64,000 nt of DNA, taken from positions 88,784,001 through 88,848,000 of the forward strand of contig CM097888.1 of the NCBI GenBank assembly GCA_044892525.1, given 5' to 3'. The translations under genes and the position numbers were made by a program. The notes under the pieces are model-generated. The model saw only the letters and a program-made list of their open reading frames with translations. It was not told the DNA's origin and made no database searches. This stretch comes from Schmidtea polychroa (taxonomy: Eukaryota). Below are positions 28,022-41,334 of this stretch, piece by piece; position 1 is the stretch's first letter, and every line of letters starts with the position of its first letter.

Positions 28022-28742
28022 GTGTATTCGTTAATAGTTTTTTTTTATATTGTTTATTTGTTACTTTTATAATAAATATTACTAATTAAAATTAATGTTT
28101 TTGGATTAGGAAAAAATAACCGGTTCGCGACACAAAAAAGCACTATTTTATTGAATATTATTGAATTTAATTATGTGTTTATAAGAATCTTATTTATGCC
28201 AATAATCTAATTTCTGTATATTTTAAATGACAAAAACCAGAATTAGGTAATTATATACGCTGCCAAATTGTTGATAATCACAAGAATTGTCAATAGTAAA
28301 AAACCCTGTTTCCTATGTATTCGGAGTGTTTAAAAAATGATGTAAAATTCATGTGATTTTACTAGATATCGATTTACTTATCCCATTTAAATTTTAGGGA
28401 CTATGTTGGTTTGTTTGTTCATAATTTTCTTTTAATTTTTGGGTTCCCGAGAGTAGGCAATGGCTGAAAAGGACCTTTGCTTTTGTGAACTTTTGAGGGA
28501 AGTACAACAAAGAGTCCAAAAGGTCTCGCCGGTATTTTGTGGATTTTCTAATTGAGAGTCCAATTTTATTGGATCATGGACTTTTACTTAAATGAAATTC
28601 CAAAGCGCAACTGATAATAACCCTTTGATTTGGTTTTAATATTAATATTAAATTGTATTTATTCTGATTTTCTTTCATTTAATATAACTATTTTAAATTA
28701 TCTTTTAGATATTAGATTTTATTATTCGTCGAAAACAAACCA

Positions 28743-28745
<3 letters not shown>

Positions 28746-28815
<70 letters not shown>
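28746..28815. repeat. (TA)n microsatellite, left flank of the Tigger element
   Basis: Direct reading. Confidence 0.98.
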
Positions 28816-28818
<3 letters not shown>

Positions 28819-31216
28819 TCATACACCGGATAACGTTGCCCCGGATAACGTTGCCCCGAATAAAGTTGTTTCGCTGTAACGTCGGTCCACCATTATAGTC
28901 AAACCCCACTGTAACGTTGCGTGGCTTCGCTGTAACGTTTTTTTTAATAAAACCGTTTTTTCAAAAACTAAGCAAGCGGTGTTATTTTAAAATTTTTTTT
29001 GTACATAATTTTCATTTGATTCACATAGCTATGAATTTTTTGTTATTGTTAGTGCATAAATAATTTAGCTAGTTGTGTCCTGTTTTTTATGTTTCATAAT
29101 AAAGTAGTACATATTATTGTGCCACTACAAACTACATACATATATATTTATCATGCCTAACACTAATGTCGCTACTGCTAAGAAATTGAAAAGAAATCAT
29201 TTAATTTTAAAGGTCAAACTAGATGTTATCAAACGGGATGAAACTGGTGAACGAGCAGTGGATATAGCAAAACATATTGGTATTCCACCAACATCTGTAA
29301 GAACTATTATTAAAGATAAGGACAAATATAAAAAATATGTCGAAGATGCAGTACCAATTGAATCTAAAGCGATAAAATCTAGAAGCACTATCATGGTCAA
29401 AATGGAGAAACTTTTGTTGATATGGATAGAAGATCAGACTCAGCGTAGCATGCCTTTAAGTCAAATGTTAATTCAAGAAAAAGCTCTACATCTTTATGAT
29501 GATTTAAAAAAAAACAATGGGTGACGCTTCCCAAGGAGAAACGTTCACTTCAAGCCGTGGTTGGTTTGATAGATTTAAAAAAAGATCTGGCATTCATAAT
29601 GTTAAATTGTTAGGGGAAGCAGCTAGTGCTGACAAGGAAGCTGCTTTGGATTATCCGAAAATATTTAAAAAATAGTCAAAACAGGTGGTTATAGCCCCCA
29701 ACAAGTATTTAATGTTGACGAAACTGGATTATTCTGGAAGAAAATGCAAACTAGGTCATTTATTGCGCAATCTGAGAAGGGAATATCTGGACACAAGCCT
29801 GCAAAAGATAGGCTTACCTTACTGCTTGGAGGTAATGCTACAGGGGGCTTTAATCTTAAACCAATGCTTGTGTATCATTCACTCAACCCTAGGGCTCTGA
29901 AGGGGTGTATTAAGAATAAATTACCAGTATTTTGGAAAGCAAATAAAAAGGCTTGGGTTACCAAATCCATTTTTCAAGAATGGTTTATTGAATATTTTTG
30001 TCCAGCAGTTAAAGCTTTTTGTAACAATAATAATTTAGCAAATAAAATATTACTGGTCCTAGATAACTCTCTGAAGGTCTGGTTAAAGTTGTATTTTTGC
30101 CCCCGAATACAACATCCATATTACAGCCTATGGATCAATGTGCAATTGCTAATTTCAAACATTATCATAAATTTTCATTTTCCCAAGCTCTAACTGTCAC
30201 AGATGACGAGACTGGCGTGAATCTTAAGCAGTTTTGGAAAGATTTTAATATTTTAAAAGCAATCAATATAATTGAGCAGGCCTGGAATGCAGTTTCGAAA
30301 AATTGCATGCATGGTTCTTGGAAAAATTTATGGCCAGAATGCTCTGATGATTTTAGAAGCTTTGAAGAAACTAATGCTAATATTCAAGAAGAAATTGTGT
30401 CACTAGGAAGACGTCTGGGTTTTAACGAGTTGGAGCAAAATGATATTGTGGAGCTAATTGAATCTCACAATACTGAATTAACAAATGAAGAACTAATTGA
30501 GTTGGACAATAATAATATGGAGGATAGAGAAGATGATGATACAGATGGAGCTGAAGCTAAAATTTTTAAAATTGGTGAGCTTAAGGATGCATTAACATAT
30601 TTAGAGAAAGCTAAAGATATATTTGAAAGGGGTGATCCAATATTAGAACGATGCTCTAAAGTAAACAGAGAAATTGATAGTGCTGTAAGGTGTTATAGAG
30701 AATTGTACAATGAAAAAAAGAAGGCTTCAGTACAGGTTACATTGCATCAGTATTTCACTGCAGCGCCAAGTACCAGTGCATCGACAACAACCCGTAGATC
30801 ATCTCAAATAACTATTTCTAGTTATTCATCCGAATCGTCTGATGAGAGCATGTAATCATAATAAATTTGTTTTTTATGCTTTTAATTTAATGAATTTAAT
30901 AATTTTTTATATTATATTTGAATGTTTTTCAATATATATTTTGTATTTGCATAATTTAAAAGTTTTATATTTTGAATTTAATATTTTTGTTTAGCCTTTA
31001 AATGTACATAATATTATGTAATTAATTATTTTATTATATATTACATATTCTAATAAAGAATTAAATCTAATTTTCATAATATCAAAATTCTCTTAATCTT
31101 TTAAATCTATTTAATTGAGAATTTTTTTCTTAATTATAATTGCTTCGTATAACGTTGTTTCGGTTAACACCGCGTTTTTCTGGAACCATTTAACAACGTT
31201 AACCGGGGTAAGACTG
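28816..31216 (+). mobile_element. Tigger/pogo element (TIGD1-like transposase, disrupted)
   Basis: TIRs CAGTCATACACCGGATAACGTT / rc CAGTCTTACCCCGGTTAACGTT, TA flanks. HTH region (LKVKLDVIKR..MEKLLLIWIEDQ), FNVDETGLFWK, DRLTLLLGGNATG, LVLDN and PPNTTSILQPMDQ. Frameshifts and a small deletion near 30066. Confidence 0.95.

Positions 31217-31282
<66 letters not shown>
31217..31282. repeat. (TA)n microsatellite, right flank of the Tigger element
   Basis: Direct reading. Confidence 0.98.
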
Positions 31283-31285
<3 letters not shown>

Positions 31286-31401
31286 AATTATAAAATTCCA
31301 ATCAGCCATTACCTCAAGGTCAAAAGAGCGTGACCAACATTACTGCCCCAACTTACATTAGTTTAACTTTATTTTCCAGCAAAGCAGCAAAATCATATTA
31401 A

Positions 31402-33587
31402 CTCATTGCTGGCCGCCTACGTAGTAATACGTCATTTTTATTCAAAATCCAAGCGGCCGCTGACGTAGTGGTACGTCATCTTTTATTCAAAATTCAGGAG
31501 CCGCTGACCTATTAATACGTTTTTTGTTATACCAGTTTGTTTAATTGTCAGTCAGCCTGTCGTTTTATTTTAAGTAGTTTATTTTGCACTTCTTAAAAAA
31601 TATAAATTAATTAATTATATAAGCTGCTTTATAATGGAAAGCGATGATTTCGAGTGTAATAATATGTGTAATGACACTAATGAATTATACGCTGATATAT
31701 TGTCTTGGGATGAAAATAATACAAATGAAAGCGATGATACGAACTTTCCAATTAACATTAAAAGAAAAGTTTTACCTATTGTCAATGATTCTGAGACTAG
31801 CGATTACGTTGATACATAATTTGAGAATGAAGAAAATAATTCAACCAAGTACTGGTCCGAAAATTATGGTGATATATAAATTTATTTTTGCGAAATGATG
31901 GAGTTAAAGTGTTTCCAAGAAATTCAGAAAATATATCAGATGTAAGAGATTTATTTATTGACGATGATTTTTTTAAATTATCAACAAATGAAACAAACAG
32001 ATCATATGCAAAATATTCACAAATATAAATTTGTGAAAAAGGTTAAACAATGGAAAGATATTACAATATCTGAAATAAAAAAATTCCTTGGTTTGAACAT
32101 TTTAATGGGACAAGTAAGGAAAAACAGTATAAACGATTATTGGTCTACTGATCTACAGATTGAAACACCAATTTTTGGAAAAGTCATGCCTCGAAATCGG
32201 TTCAGGCAAATATTACAATCGTTACACTTTTGTAATAATGATGAAATGCCTGAAAACGCAGAGCGCCTCTTTAAAATTAAACCAATAGTAGAATATTTTT
32301 AAATAAATTTTATACAGTTTATAAACCAAAATAAAATGTTTCTTTGGATGATGCAATCATAACCTACAGAGGCCGGTTAAGCTTCCGTGTTTACAACCCA
32401 GGAAAGATTAATAAATATGGCATGCTTGTCAGAATTCTTTGCGAATCTAAAAGTGGATACATAACTAATTTTAAATTCTATAGCGGTAGTGGACAAAAGT
32501 TGCAAAATCTCGTAAACATTCTCTTAGATAAATATGAAAATATTTGGCACCATGTTTACATGGACAACTATTACAATAGTGTTGAATTAGCGGAGCAGTT
32601 ACTCTTCAAGAAGATAAGAATTTGTGGTACAATAAGAGAAAATCGCGGGTTACCTCAAGATATAAGAAAAATTAAGTTAAGAAGAGGTCAGCATGTTTTC
32701 CGTAGAAAAAATGATATTTTAATTCAAGTATGGAAAGATAAAAGATATTTCAGAATGATTTCGACGATACACCAGGCGAGATAAGTAGAAACCGGTAAAA
32801 TAAATCGAAAAACTGTTGAAATGATAAGAAAGCCAGAAAGTATTATAGATTACAATGGTGTTGATTTGGCTAATCAATACCTGTCTAATAATCCGATTAT
32901 AAGAAAAAGTATTAAATAGACAAAAAAGGCTTTCATGTTTATGTTGAATTGTGCATTATTTAATTCATTTGTGGTATACAAGAAACTGAATCCAGCAAAG
33001 AAGATCAAGTTTACCTCATATTTACTACAAGTTGCTAAAGATTGAATTGAAAATCAAGATAGTCTTTGTTCACAAATTTCTGAGGGTCCATCAAAAAGAG
33101 CCTCTTGTAAAGATCCACCAAATAGACTTTCAGGAGATATAAAAACCCATAGGCTTGTGAAACTTCGTAGTTCTAAGGAGAAAAGGTTTCCTCAGAAACG
33201 TTGCAAAGTATGCAAAAACCATGGCAAAAGGAAAGAAACCTGCTTCATGTGCGGACATTGTGAGATTCCTTTATGTGTTGGAAAATGTTTTGAGGTCTAC
33301 CATATTAAAAGAAATTACTAGAAATTCAATTTTCAAATTTGGTATATTTTAGTTCGAACAACTTTAAAGTTGTTAATTATTTCTTTATATGTATTTTGTT
33401 TATAGCTTTATCATTTTTTGAGATTTAAAAAATTAATGCTATTAATTTAAGCACTAGATGTGATATAAACTATAGCGGCTCTTCCCTCTACATTGCGTCG
33501 TACATTAGCGATATTCAACGATCGCTATGTAAACAAAGCGCGACTTAACACGGGATGGAGTAAATTTTTTTAGCGGCCAGTAATGAG
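31402..33587 (+). mobile_element. piggyBac-like element (PGBD4-type transposase, disrupted)
   Basis: TTAA TSDs at 31398-31401 and 33588-33591. TIRs CTCATTGCTGGCCGC / GCGGCCAGTAATGAG. Motifs SLDDAIITYRGR, VYMDNYYNS, YNGVDLANQ and a C-terminal CKVC..CGHCEIPLC..CF..YH, ending at 33321. Confidence 0.95.
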
Positions 33588-34003
33588 TTAAAATAACATG
33601 AAAAAACCCCGCCCATAACCAGGAAAAAATTCATTTTATCGATAAAAAAATTAAATTAAAATTAAACTAGAACACCTACTTTACTCTACGGGTCATTATT
33701 GTCTCTTTTTATTATTTTTTTCCCACTTATTTTTAGAAAAAGCTTATAAATTTATAAATTTTTTATTCAAAGTTATAAATTTTATTTTAGGTTTAAAAAT
33801 ATTTATAATATAAAAATATAAAAATAAATAATTTTTTATATTATTTATTATTTAGGTATGCTCAACAAAATGATGATGAAATAATCGATTTGTATAATTT
33901 TTTTAAATGGTATTAATGCTCATTGTTTTTTAATTTTTTTTTAATTAAGGCAGTTTCAAATATTGGATAGTTTGCTTAAAAGTATTATTACGACTCGTTA
34001 TAA

Positions 34004-34530
34004 TTTATTAAATATTTAAACTTATAAATATAAATCAAATAAATTTTTAAAATATAACTTTTCAAAAAATGACATTTTATTTTTTGTCACTATTGGTAAT
34101 GTAAATAATTTAAAATTTATTGCATAACTTGTTAAAATATTAAAAATATTAAAAAAAATCAAAAATTTATTAAATATTTAAACTTATATATATTTAAACT
34201 TTTAAAAAAAAATTAATTAAATAAATTTTTAAAATATAATTTTTCTAAAAATATTATTTTATTTTTTATAAAATTTGATGATGTAAATAATTTAAAATTT
34301 ATTGCATAACTTGTAAAAATATTAAAAATATTAAAAAAAATCAACAATTTATTAAATATTTAAACTTATATATATTTAAACTTTTAGAAGAAAATAAATT
34401 TTTAAAATATAATTTTTCTAAAAATATGATTTTATTTTTTGTAAAAATTGATGATAATTTCAAATAATTTTTCAAATAATAATTTCAAATTTATTGCATT
34501 ACTTGTTAAAATTTTAAAATAAAATTAAAA
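34004..34530. repeat. AT-rich tandem repeat, about 170-bp unit x3, directly upstream of the innexin
   Basis: atttattaaatatttaaacttata..aaatttattgcataacttgt recurs at about 34004, 34166 and 34347. Confidence 0.8.
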
Positions 34531-34578
34531 TTTGTTTAAAAAACAATAAAAAATATATAATTGAATTTACACTTTGAA

Positions 34579-35781
34579 ATGATTGTGCCGAAATTTTTAG
34601 ATATTATTAGTAAGTGTCAGAAATTTCACTCGACTTGCTTTTCCGGTACTGTTGATAAACTTCATTACATTTATACTCCGGCCATTATGATGATTTTTGG
34701 TTTCATTTTCATTTTCAAATCTTTTGTCAAAAATGACTTTAGGTGCATGACAAACAGTGACATGTTTTATGACAATTATGTCAATCATTATTGCTGGGTT
34801 AAAGGAACAATTGCTTTGCTACCTAATGAAACGATTCCCAATTTACCGTCTGAATGGGATACACTCATTTCTCAATATCATACAAATCAAATTCAAATCT
34901 TCCGGCCTTTACTAATCATTCTTTCAATAATATTTTACCTTCCTCATTTACTCTGGATAGTGAAATGCTTCGAAGATTCCGGTATTGATTTTTATCGAGA
35001 AGCTCTAAATTCTTTAGCTTCCAGGAATGAATTTGGAAAGAGACGAAAGGAAAAGATCTCAGATATCTCTAAAGGATTTCAAAAGATTTTAAACTCTTAT
35101 AGGATAGATCGTCCAAATTTAAGATCCAAAATAGTCCGTTTTATGTCTAGATTTTGTGGGTTTCTTACTTTTAGTAAAAGAAATGGAAACTGGATGACAA
35201 GTTGGTACATCACTAAAAAGTTATTAAATATCCTTAATTGTGTTATGCAATTAGCAATTTTGGAATTGATTTTTTCTTACAAAGTTAGTGCAAGTTTTTC
35301 AGCGCCAAATTTCATAATTCAACGTTTAATTTTTGGAAAGACTTGGGAAGAAACAAGAGTCTTTCCAAGAAATACATTTTGTTATATTGATGATACTTTG
35401 GCAATGCTTGGATTCAATCGTTATGCATTCAATTGCAATATTGCCGAAAACATTATAAATGAAATCGGTTTCATTGCAATTTACCTGTGGATATCTTTCC
35501 TGTTGGTTATATCTGTCTTTTCTTTGTTGAAATGGATCATAAGAATATTCCATAGGAAATTACGAACGGATTATATTGCAAATATAGTGTCATCTAATAT
35601 AGAAGATTTCGATCCTAAGTTAATGGAGAGTTTTGTAAATGATTTCCTTCAAAACGACGCAATATTTACGTTAATAATGATTGAGAAAAATGTCGGTCAT
35701 AGTTTTGCGAATGATTTAACATCATCTCTCTTTAATGATTATTCTGAATTAATGGAACAAAAACCTTTAAAAATCTGTTAA
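34579..35781 (+). CDS. inx: Innexin (gap-junction/hemichannel protein), intronless, 400 aa
   Basis: Uninterrupted ORF with the first ATG at 34579. Features: VDKLHYIYT before TM1, EL1 cysteines (FRC..YVNHYCWVKGT), IFYLPHLLW in TM2, TM3 YITKKLLNILNCVMQL, EL2 FPRNTFC..FNC..NIINE, and TM4 FIAIYLWISFL. Confidence 0.93.
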   Translation: MIVPKFLDIISKCQKFHSTCFSGTVDKLHYIYTPAIMMIFGFIFIFKSFVKNDFRCMTNSDMFYDNYVNHYCWVKGTIALLPNETIPNLPSEWDTLISQYHTNQIQIFRPLLIILSIIFYLPHLLWIVKCFEDSGIDFYREALNSLASRNEFGKRRKEKISDISKGFQKILNSYRIDRPNLRSKIVRFMSRFCGFLTFSKRNGNWMTSWYITKKLLNILNCVMQLAILELIFSYKVSASFSAPNFIIQRLIFGKTWEETRVFPRNTFCYIDDTLAMLGFNRYAFNCNIAENIINEIGFIAIYLWISFLLVISVFSLLKWIIRIFHRKLRTDYIANIVSSNIEDFDPKLMESFVNDFLQNDAIFTLIMIEKNVGHSFANDLTSSLFNDYSELMEQKPLKIC

Positions 35782-36280
35782 ATACATTTTTGATAAAAAT
35801 TTTGTTGATATTCTCGTTTTTACATAAATTAAGTGACCATATCAAAAAGAAAGTTTACTGTTTTCAGAAATAAATTCTACATGTCATATTATTCAATTTA
35901 TTTGTTGTTCACTTTTGATGTTTAATTTATTTTCATTATTACTATAAAAAAAAAATTTATTATGTAGCAAATTTACTACACATTACTATATAATTATTTT
36001 ACAAAAACATTTTTTCCGTATAACATTACCATAATAAGTTACATCGACTACATTTTTAAAATGTTTCAAATTTAATTAATTATAATTTATATTAATGACG
36101 AATCAGCGTTATTATTAAAATGATTTGAACAACAAAACGCAGACAGTATTGAAATATAATAATTTTGAAAAAACAAAACAAAAGGTATTGAAATAAGTTA
36201 ATTATCATTTAAAATCTGTAGTACTTTTAAATTTCAATGAGTTTTCTTAATTATTTTTAATTGCTAAATATTAAAAAATA

Positions 36281-36960
36281 ATGTCAATCCCTATGAAACA
36301 CCAAAAGTTATCAGGTGTTCAATTTCATCAGAAAAAGCGACAAACAGAACTTAGTATGAAAAACAAACAGGATGCCTTTCAAGGTATTTAGAGAAAACTA
36401 AAACTACAGGTGTTAATGTTATTGTCCAATCTGGCCAGTCATCAACTAGCAATTCAGAAACCGCAACGCTCAATGTTAATAGTGAAGTTGTTGCTCAAAA
36501 TGAAACGGAAGTAGGCTTTACTGTCACGGAAGATGAACTATCTGTCCATCTGCCCCTGATTCCGATTTTATATTCTGCTCGACAGACCAAATATTTCTCT
36601 ATTATTCAGAGTCATAAAAAGCAGATGTCTACCACAATACGCATTGTAGATATTAATGAAGATGTTTCTATAAGCGAGCATTTTGTTGGTTTAATTGTAG
36701 TCGAAGATTCAACGACAGTATCTTACCAATACCTTTTTGGAAGAATTGCAAAAATTAAGTGCTGACTGTACTCATTAAAAAATTATAATAATAAATAACT
36801 TAGTTGGGGTATAACATGGGTAATGTTTTGGGCCCCTATGTGGTAGTTCATCATTCAATTGTAACGTGTCAGGCGTAAGGTAGTGTCAGGGTCAGTTTGG
36901 TCAGGGGCAGTTTGGTCAGGGGGCATCAAAATGTATGCTTTGCCTAGGGCCGGCCATGGG
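36281..36960 (+). mobile_element. Internally deleted hAT (Tip100-type) derivative
   Basis: N-terminus KLSGVQFHQKK, a DUF4371-like piece QMSTTIRIVDINEDVSISEHFVGLIVVEDST, and a 3' tail ggggcatcaaaatgtatgctttgcctagggc that resembles termini of this group. Confidence 0.55.
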
Positions 36961-37338
36961 TTGCGTACGCATCAGGACTGCAGTCAGTGCAGACAGACTC
37001 GCACCGCATAGTCAGTGTATTGAACAGGTTGGGTTAACCCATTATATACGTTTTTGTGATATGTATATGGTGGGGTTCAATCATTAAAGTCTACACCAGT
37101 GGTTCTATTTATTTATTTTCAATTTATAGTAATATTTTTTTTCAAATTGGGTTAAAAATTAAAAAACAAAATAGGAAGCAATAAAAATTTGGTAAAAAAA
37201 TAGAAAAATAAAATCTTTATTTAAATGAAACAAATAAGTTAGTTTCTTTCAAAATTTTTCTATTTTTGTGATTTTTTAATATTTTAGAAATAAAAAATTT
37301 TGTTAATAAAAGTGCAGTATTCAAAAATAATAAAATCA

Positions 37339-37539
37339 TTAAGAATGTCGTCGTTGTGAACGATCTCTAGAACGTTTCCGAGATTTGTCCTTCTTATTTT
37401 TCTTGTGTTTCTTTTTATCTTTATATTTCCTATGGTTAATGAGGTCGCTAAGTTTGAGGAGCTCTCGTCTACGCCGGTGGTGCTCAAAGTGTGGGTCACG
37501 AAAAATTGGAGATGGATCGAAAAAAATTGGTTTTATCAT
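37339..37539 (-). CDS. Small basic K/R/S-rich ORF (66 aa), function unknown
   Basis: ATG..TAA ORF that is GC-richer than its flanks, with an AG acceptor-like site 9 nt upstream and AATAAA about 120 nt downstream. Ends KYKDKKKHKKNKKDKSRKRSRDRSQRRHS. Confidence 0.4.
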   Translation of the reverse strand: MIKPIFFDPSPIFRDPHFEHHRRRRELLKLSDLINHRKYKDKKKHKKNKKDKSRKRSRDRSQRRHS

Positions 37540-39135
37540 TTTGAATATCTAATAAAAAATTTTACTTGAAATGAGTTTTTCAATTTTTTTAATAAATTTT
37601 ACTAGGTAGGGTCGAATAATTTTTTTTTTGAAAAAGAATTTGGTCGGAGTTCGAAAAAATGTGTATTGTATTACATTTTAAAATTTGTTAAACTAAATAA
37701 TTATTTTTATATTGAAATATTATATTTAATTTTAAATACATTTTTATAAAACTTTTTGCTTAATTACAATATAATTACAATTCAATAAAAAATATTTTGG
37801 TTTCAGTATTTTTTCAGTTTATTTTTGTAAATTTTTTTTACAATTGCATTCTTGTAGAATTTTTAATCTGATTCGTAAAAATAGATTTTTTATATTAAAA
37901 CTATTTTTTTGTTAATTCTTCCCTCAGCCCCTGGAGTTCTTCAACTCAACATTCTTTATAGTACACCCTTGGGTTCAAAATGATCGATAGGTCTTCAGGA
38001 TTGCACCCACCTGTGATTGCATGCATGTATTTTCCAAAAATATTTGTAATTACTAATTTTAGTAATCATTCTTCCAAGTAACTAATAGTATATGTTCATG
38101 AAAATCTGTTGTCGATTGATGATTTAGTGAATTTAGTGAATTTAGTGTTTTAGAATTATCGATACACGCTATCTCAATTCCAAATCTGTTATTATTAAAA
38201 AATTTTGTTTATAGTCCCCTATCGCGTCACACAATATAAATTCTTCCAGGTTTCCAGTTGTGATGTCTACATAATTTACAAACAAGTTTAATCCAGAATC
38301 CAATGGTAGTATTGAAACTGCCATCAGTTAAGACGAGCAAGAGACAATTTTTATGGGGAAAAAATACAGAATTGATACAATTACATTTAAAAAAATTCTG
38401 AGAACTAAATTATGATTGTATTGGAATGAATCAACTAAAAATAATTTTGTTTGTCGAAGTACTAGAGAAAATGTATTTACAAACAAAAATGAATTCATTG
38501 AAACACGTTTCAACCTCTAAATGCTATTGACATTGATACGTTATCAAAATTTAAACTAAATCTCACTAAAACAATCTGATTTTATAGTTTTTAAAACATC
38601 ATTGATAATATATAATGCTTACTACATAAAATACACTTATTTAAGATTTCAGAGTATTATATTTTAGGAATTTATAAAATGTTTTTTAAAAGATACGGAA
38701 GTTAGATTATATTAAATAAATTAAACATTTAAATTAAAGTTACAGAATTATTTATTAAAAAGGGTTTAACCTTTTCGATAATTAATACAATGAACTTCCA
38801 ATTTTGATCCTATATTTTAACAAAATAAATCTTTTAAAAATTGTTGAAAGTTTGTAAATCAGTTTAGATTTAACAAATTATGATGAAATTATCGATTTTC
38901 ATAATATTTCTAAATGATATTAATTCTACAGAAATTAATATGCTCACTGTTTTCTTGTCATGTTGATAATTTCAGAATATCGACAAATTGATTCATTCTT
39001 TCAAGGCAAATGTGGATAAAATAGAAATAAAAATCATTGATAAATTTTCTTTTGTGTTCTATTTGTCAAATTAACAAAGTATCCATTTTATAATTACTTA
39101 TTGAACATATTGTTCTTCCTGTTTTAAAACCACTA

Positions 39136-39395
39136 CATTCATACCTCGCTTTACGGCCTAGATACGTTCCAGGAAAGTTGGCCGCAAAGCGAAACGCCGC
39201 ATAACGAATCAAATAAGAAATTTATCCAACGTTGTTTGTCTTGCCTTGGTTCTTACTTCTTTTTGCAGTTCTACATAACATTTTTGGCCGTATAACGAAA
39301 CATTTTAGGCCGTAAATCGAAAAAGTGCCGTAATTAAAGTAGGCCGTTATAGCGAAAAGCCGTATAAAGAGCAGCCGTATAGCGAGGTATGAGTG
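39136..39395. mobile_element. Tigger-derived MITE (260 bp)
   Basis: 22-bp TIRs CATTCATACCTCGCTTTACGGC / rc CACTCATACCTCGCTATACGGC, TA on both sides, internal gccgta repeats, no ORF. Confidence 0.9.
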
Positions 39396-39490
39396 TACTT
39401 GTAAATGTGAAATTTGTGATGAAAGTGTTGAAGTTATTCTGTATATACCTAAATTTGAATTTGCTAAAATGGATTTTGATATATTACAAT

Positions 39491-40539
39491 TGTTGGGTTT
39501 TGGATTATTTCAAGTCGGTTCTCTCTGACTCCTAGTGTTCTTTAAATCAAAACAATGAACGACCCAACGTATATTGAAACAACAGGTTCACAATTTATTA
39601 TCACGCTACAATTACTGATAAAAGTTTTAACGATTCTCCGCTCGGCGTTGATGCTTTGCAAACAAATAATATTCACCTTTTAGTCCTTTAGATTCTCTCG
39701 ATTCACGTTTTCCTCGGTTTCTGTTTGGTTTGATTCCTTTTCACCTTTCCGTATTCTTAATTCTATTTCTTCTTTTCCCTACTTTCCCTAATTCTTTTAC
39801 CAACTTTTCCTACGCACTGATTCTTCGAACCCTAGCTGAGGCAAAATGCCGATTTTCTCTGATTTTCCCTTTGCTTATATACTCCTCGAAATCAGGATGA
39901 CAAATGGTTATTGCCGAGCCAATCTTTCGTTTGACATTTGCTCCTACGTATTTGCTTCGGCTGTCACCCATAATGGTCCTACGAATCCAGATAATTAATG
40001 GCCCTACCGGTCTTCCTACGCGCGCTATCTTCTCCTTACTCTTTTCCTATTAATCATTGTGTCAAGCTAATGGGCCCAAATCTTCCTTTTATTTGCTTTT
40101 CTTCTTGTTTACCCAGCTCGGGTTTCCTTTATCTCTCGGGTTCTCCATTGGCTCGGGTTTCCCATTAGCTCGGGTTTTCCATTAGCCAATTAATTAATTA
40201 ATTAACGTTTTCTGTTTTCATACATTTGAATGTTTTTCGACCCTTCCTAACCATTTTCTGATAAATCCATAATCATCATCTTGTTGACCATTAGCTTATC
40301 TATACCTGTCCCGTTTTTCCCATTCGATTTCGATGATTTTTCCATTTATTGATTTTTCTCGGATTTCCGGATTCTTGCCTTTCGTAATTGCTTTTGCCAT
40401 TTTCCATCACACTTTCCTTTACTATTGATTCTGTGCGCGATCCCGCTTTTATTTGTCTTTTTTCTTCGCTTACTTTCTATTTGAATTATTATCCTAAATT
40501 TTATTAAAATTTTTTAATTTTAATTTACAGACCTCAACA
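39491..40539 (-). repeat. 3' LTR (1049 bp)
   Basis: TG..CA ends, with minus-strand TATATAAG (about 39873-39880) and AATAAA (about 39594). The last 176 bp match 44134-44309 with one mismatch. Confidence 0.9.
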
Positions 40540-41334
40540 TATCTCCCCCCTTAAAAAAATTTTTTCGTCCTCGAAATATGTTTTTGATGTTAAAATCATG
40601 CTTAATATTTAGCTTTCTTTTAAAACTGTGAACAAAATTTAGCTAATCGAAATTAAAATTTCAGATTTTTTTTTCTCAAAAATTAATAATAATTAAATTA
40701 AGATCGAAATTAAAAACTCAAATCTAATAATAATTGAATTTTTCTTTTATCATTATCATAGCAATTAAAACCGTTCTTGGATACTAAAGAATTGGTTATA
40801 TTGTATATCTTATCTGGTTGACAGGTGTTGTCATCCTAAGCCGGTTAAAGCGTATCATCACAAAGTTAATCATAAATCAATGGTTATAAAAATGTAACCA
40901 AATTTGGGCTCCCATAAACATCAGAATTTTAAAAATGCCAGAGATGTATAAATTTTTCAGATATTCGACAGACTTGATCACGTGTATAGATCAATCCATT
41001 CTGTAGTCTAGTTGGTGTGGACTATCATATTTTCTTAGATCATAATGCTCATGTTAAAGCAGGGAGAGAAAATATAAACGAATCAGCCACTCTAAAAATA
41101 ATGAAATTTCTAGACTCTGTTCTTATACACACCACAGTAAGAATCGATAGTACATCACCTTTGGTAACGATTTTAAATATAAACACACATTACAATAGTC
41201 GACCAAGCTGGTCTGAATTTTCAATTGTGTATGTGTGTATTATCATTATAACCCGCATCTCTATGCCTGCCGTTTTACAAATCGACGTGTGTGTTAGTGT
41301 GTGTGTCCCCCTTTCAGCAATTCCTTACACTTAC

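Noticed and set aside
28630-28909. ORFs containing YIYIYI runs (also 31115-31333)
   Set aside because: These are translations of (TA)n microsatellites.
37950-38520. HPWV (kinase-like tail) and a partly open frame
   Set aside because: No other kinase motifs and many stops, so it cannot be assigned.
38739-38775. About 38-bp sequence repeated at about 49887-49925
   Set aside because: Too short and AT-rich to define an element.
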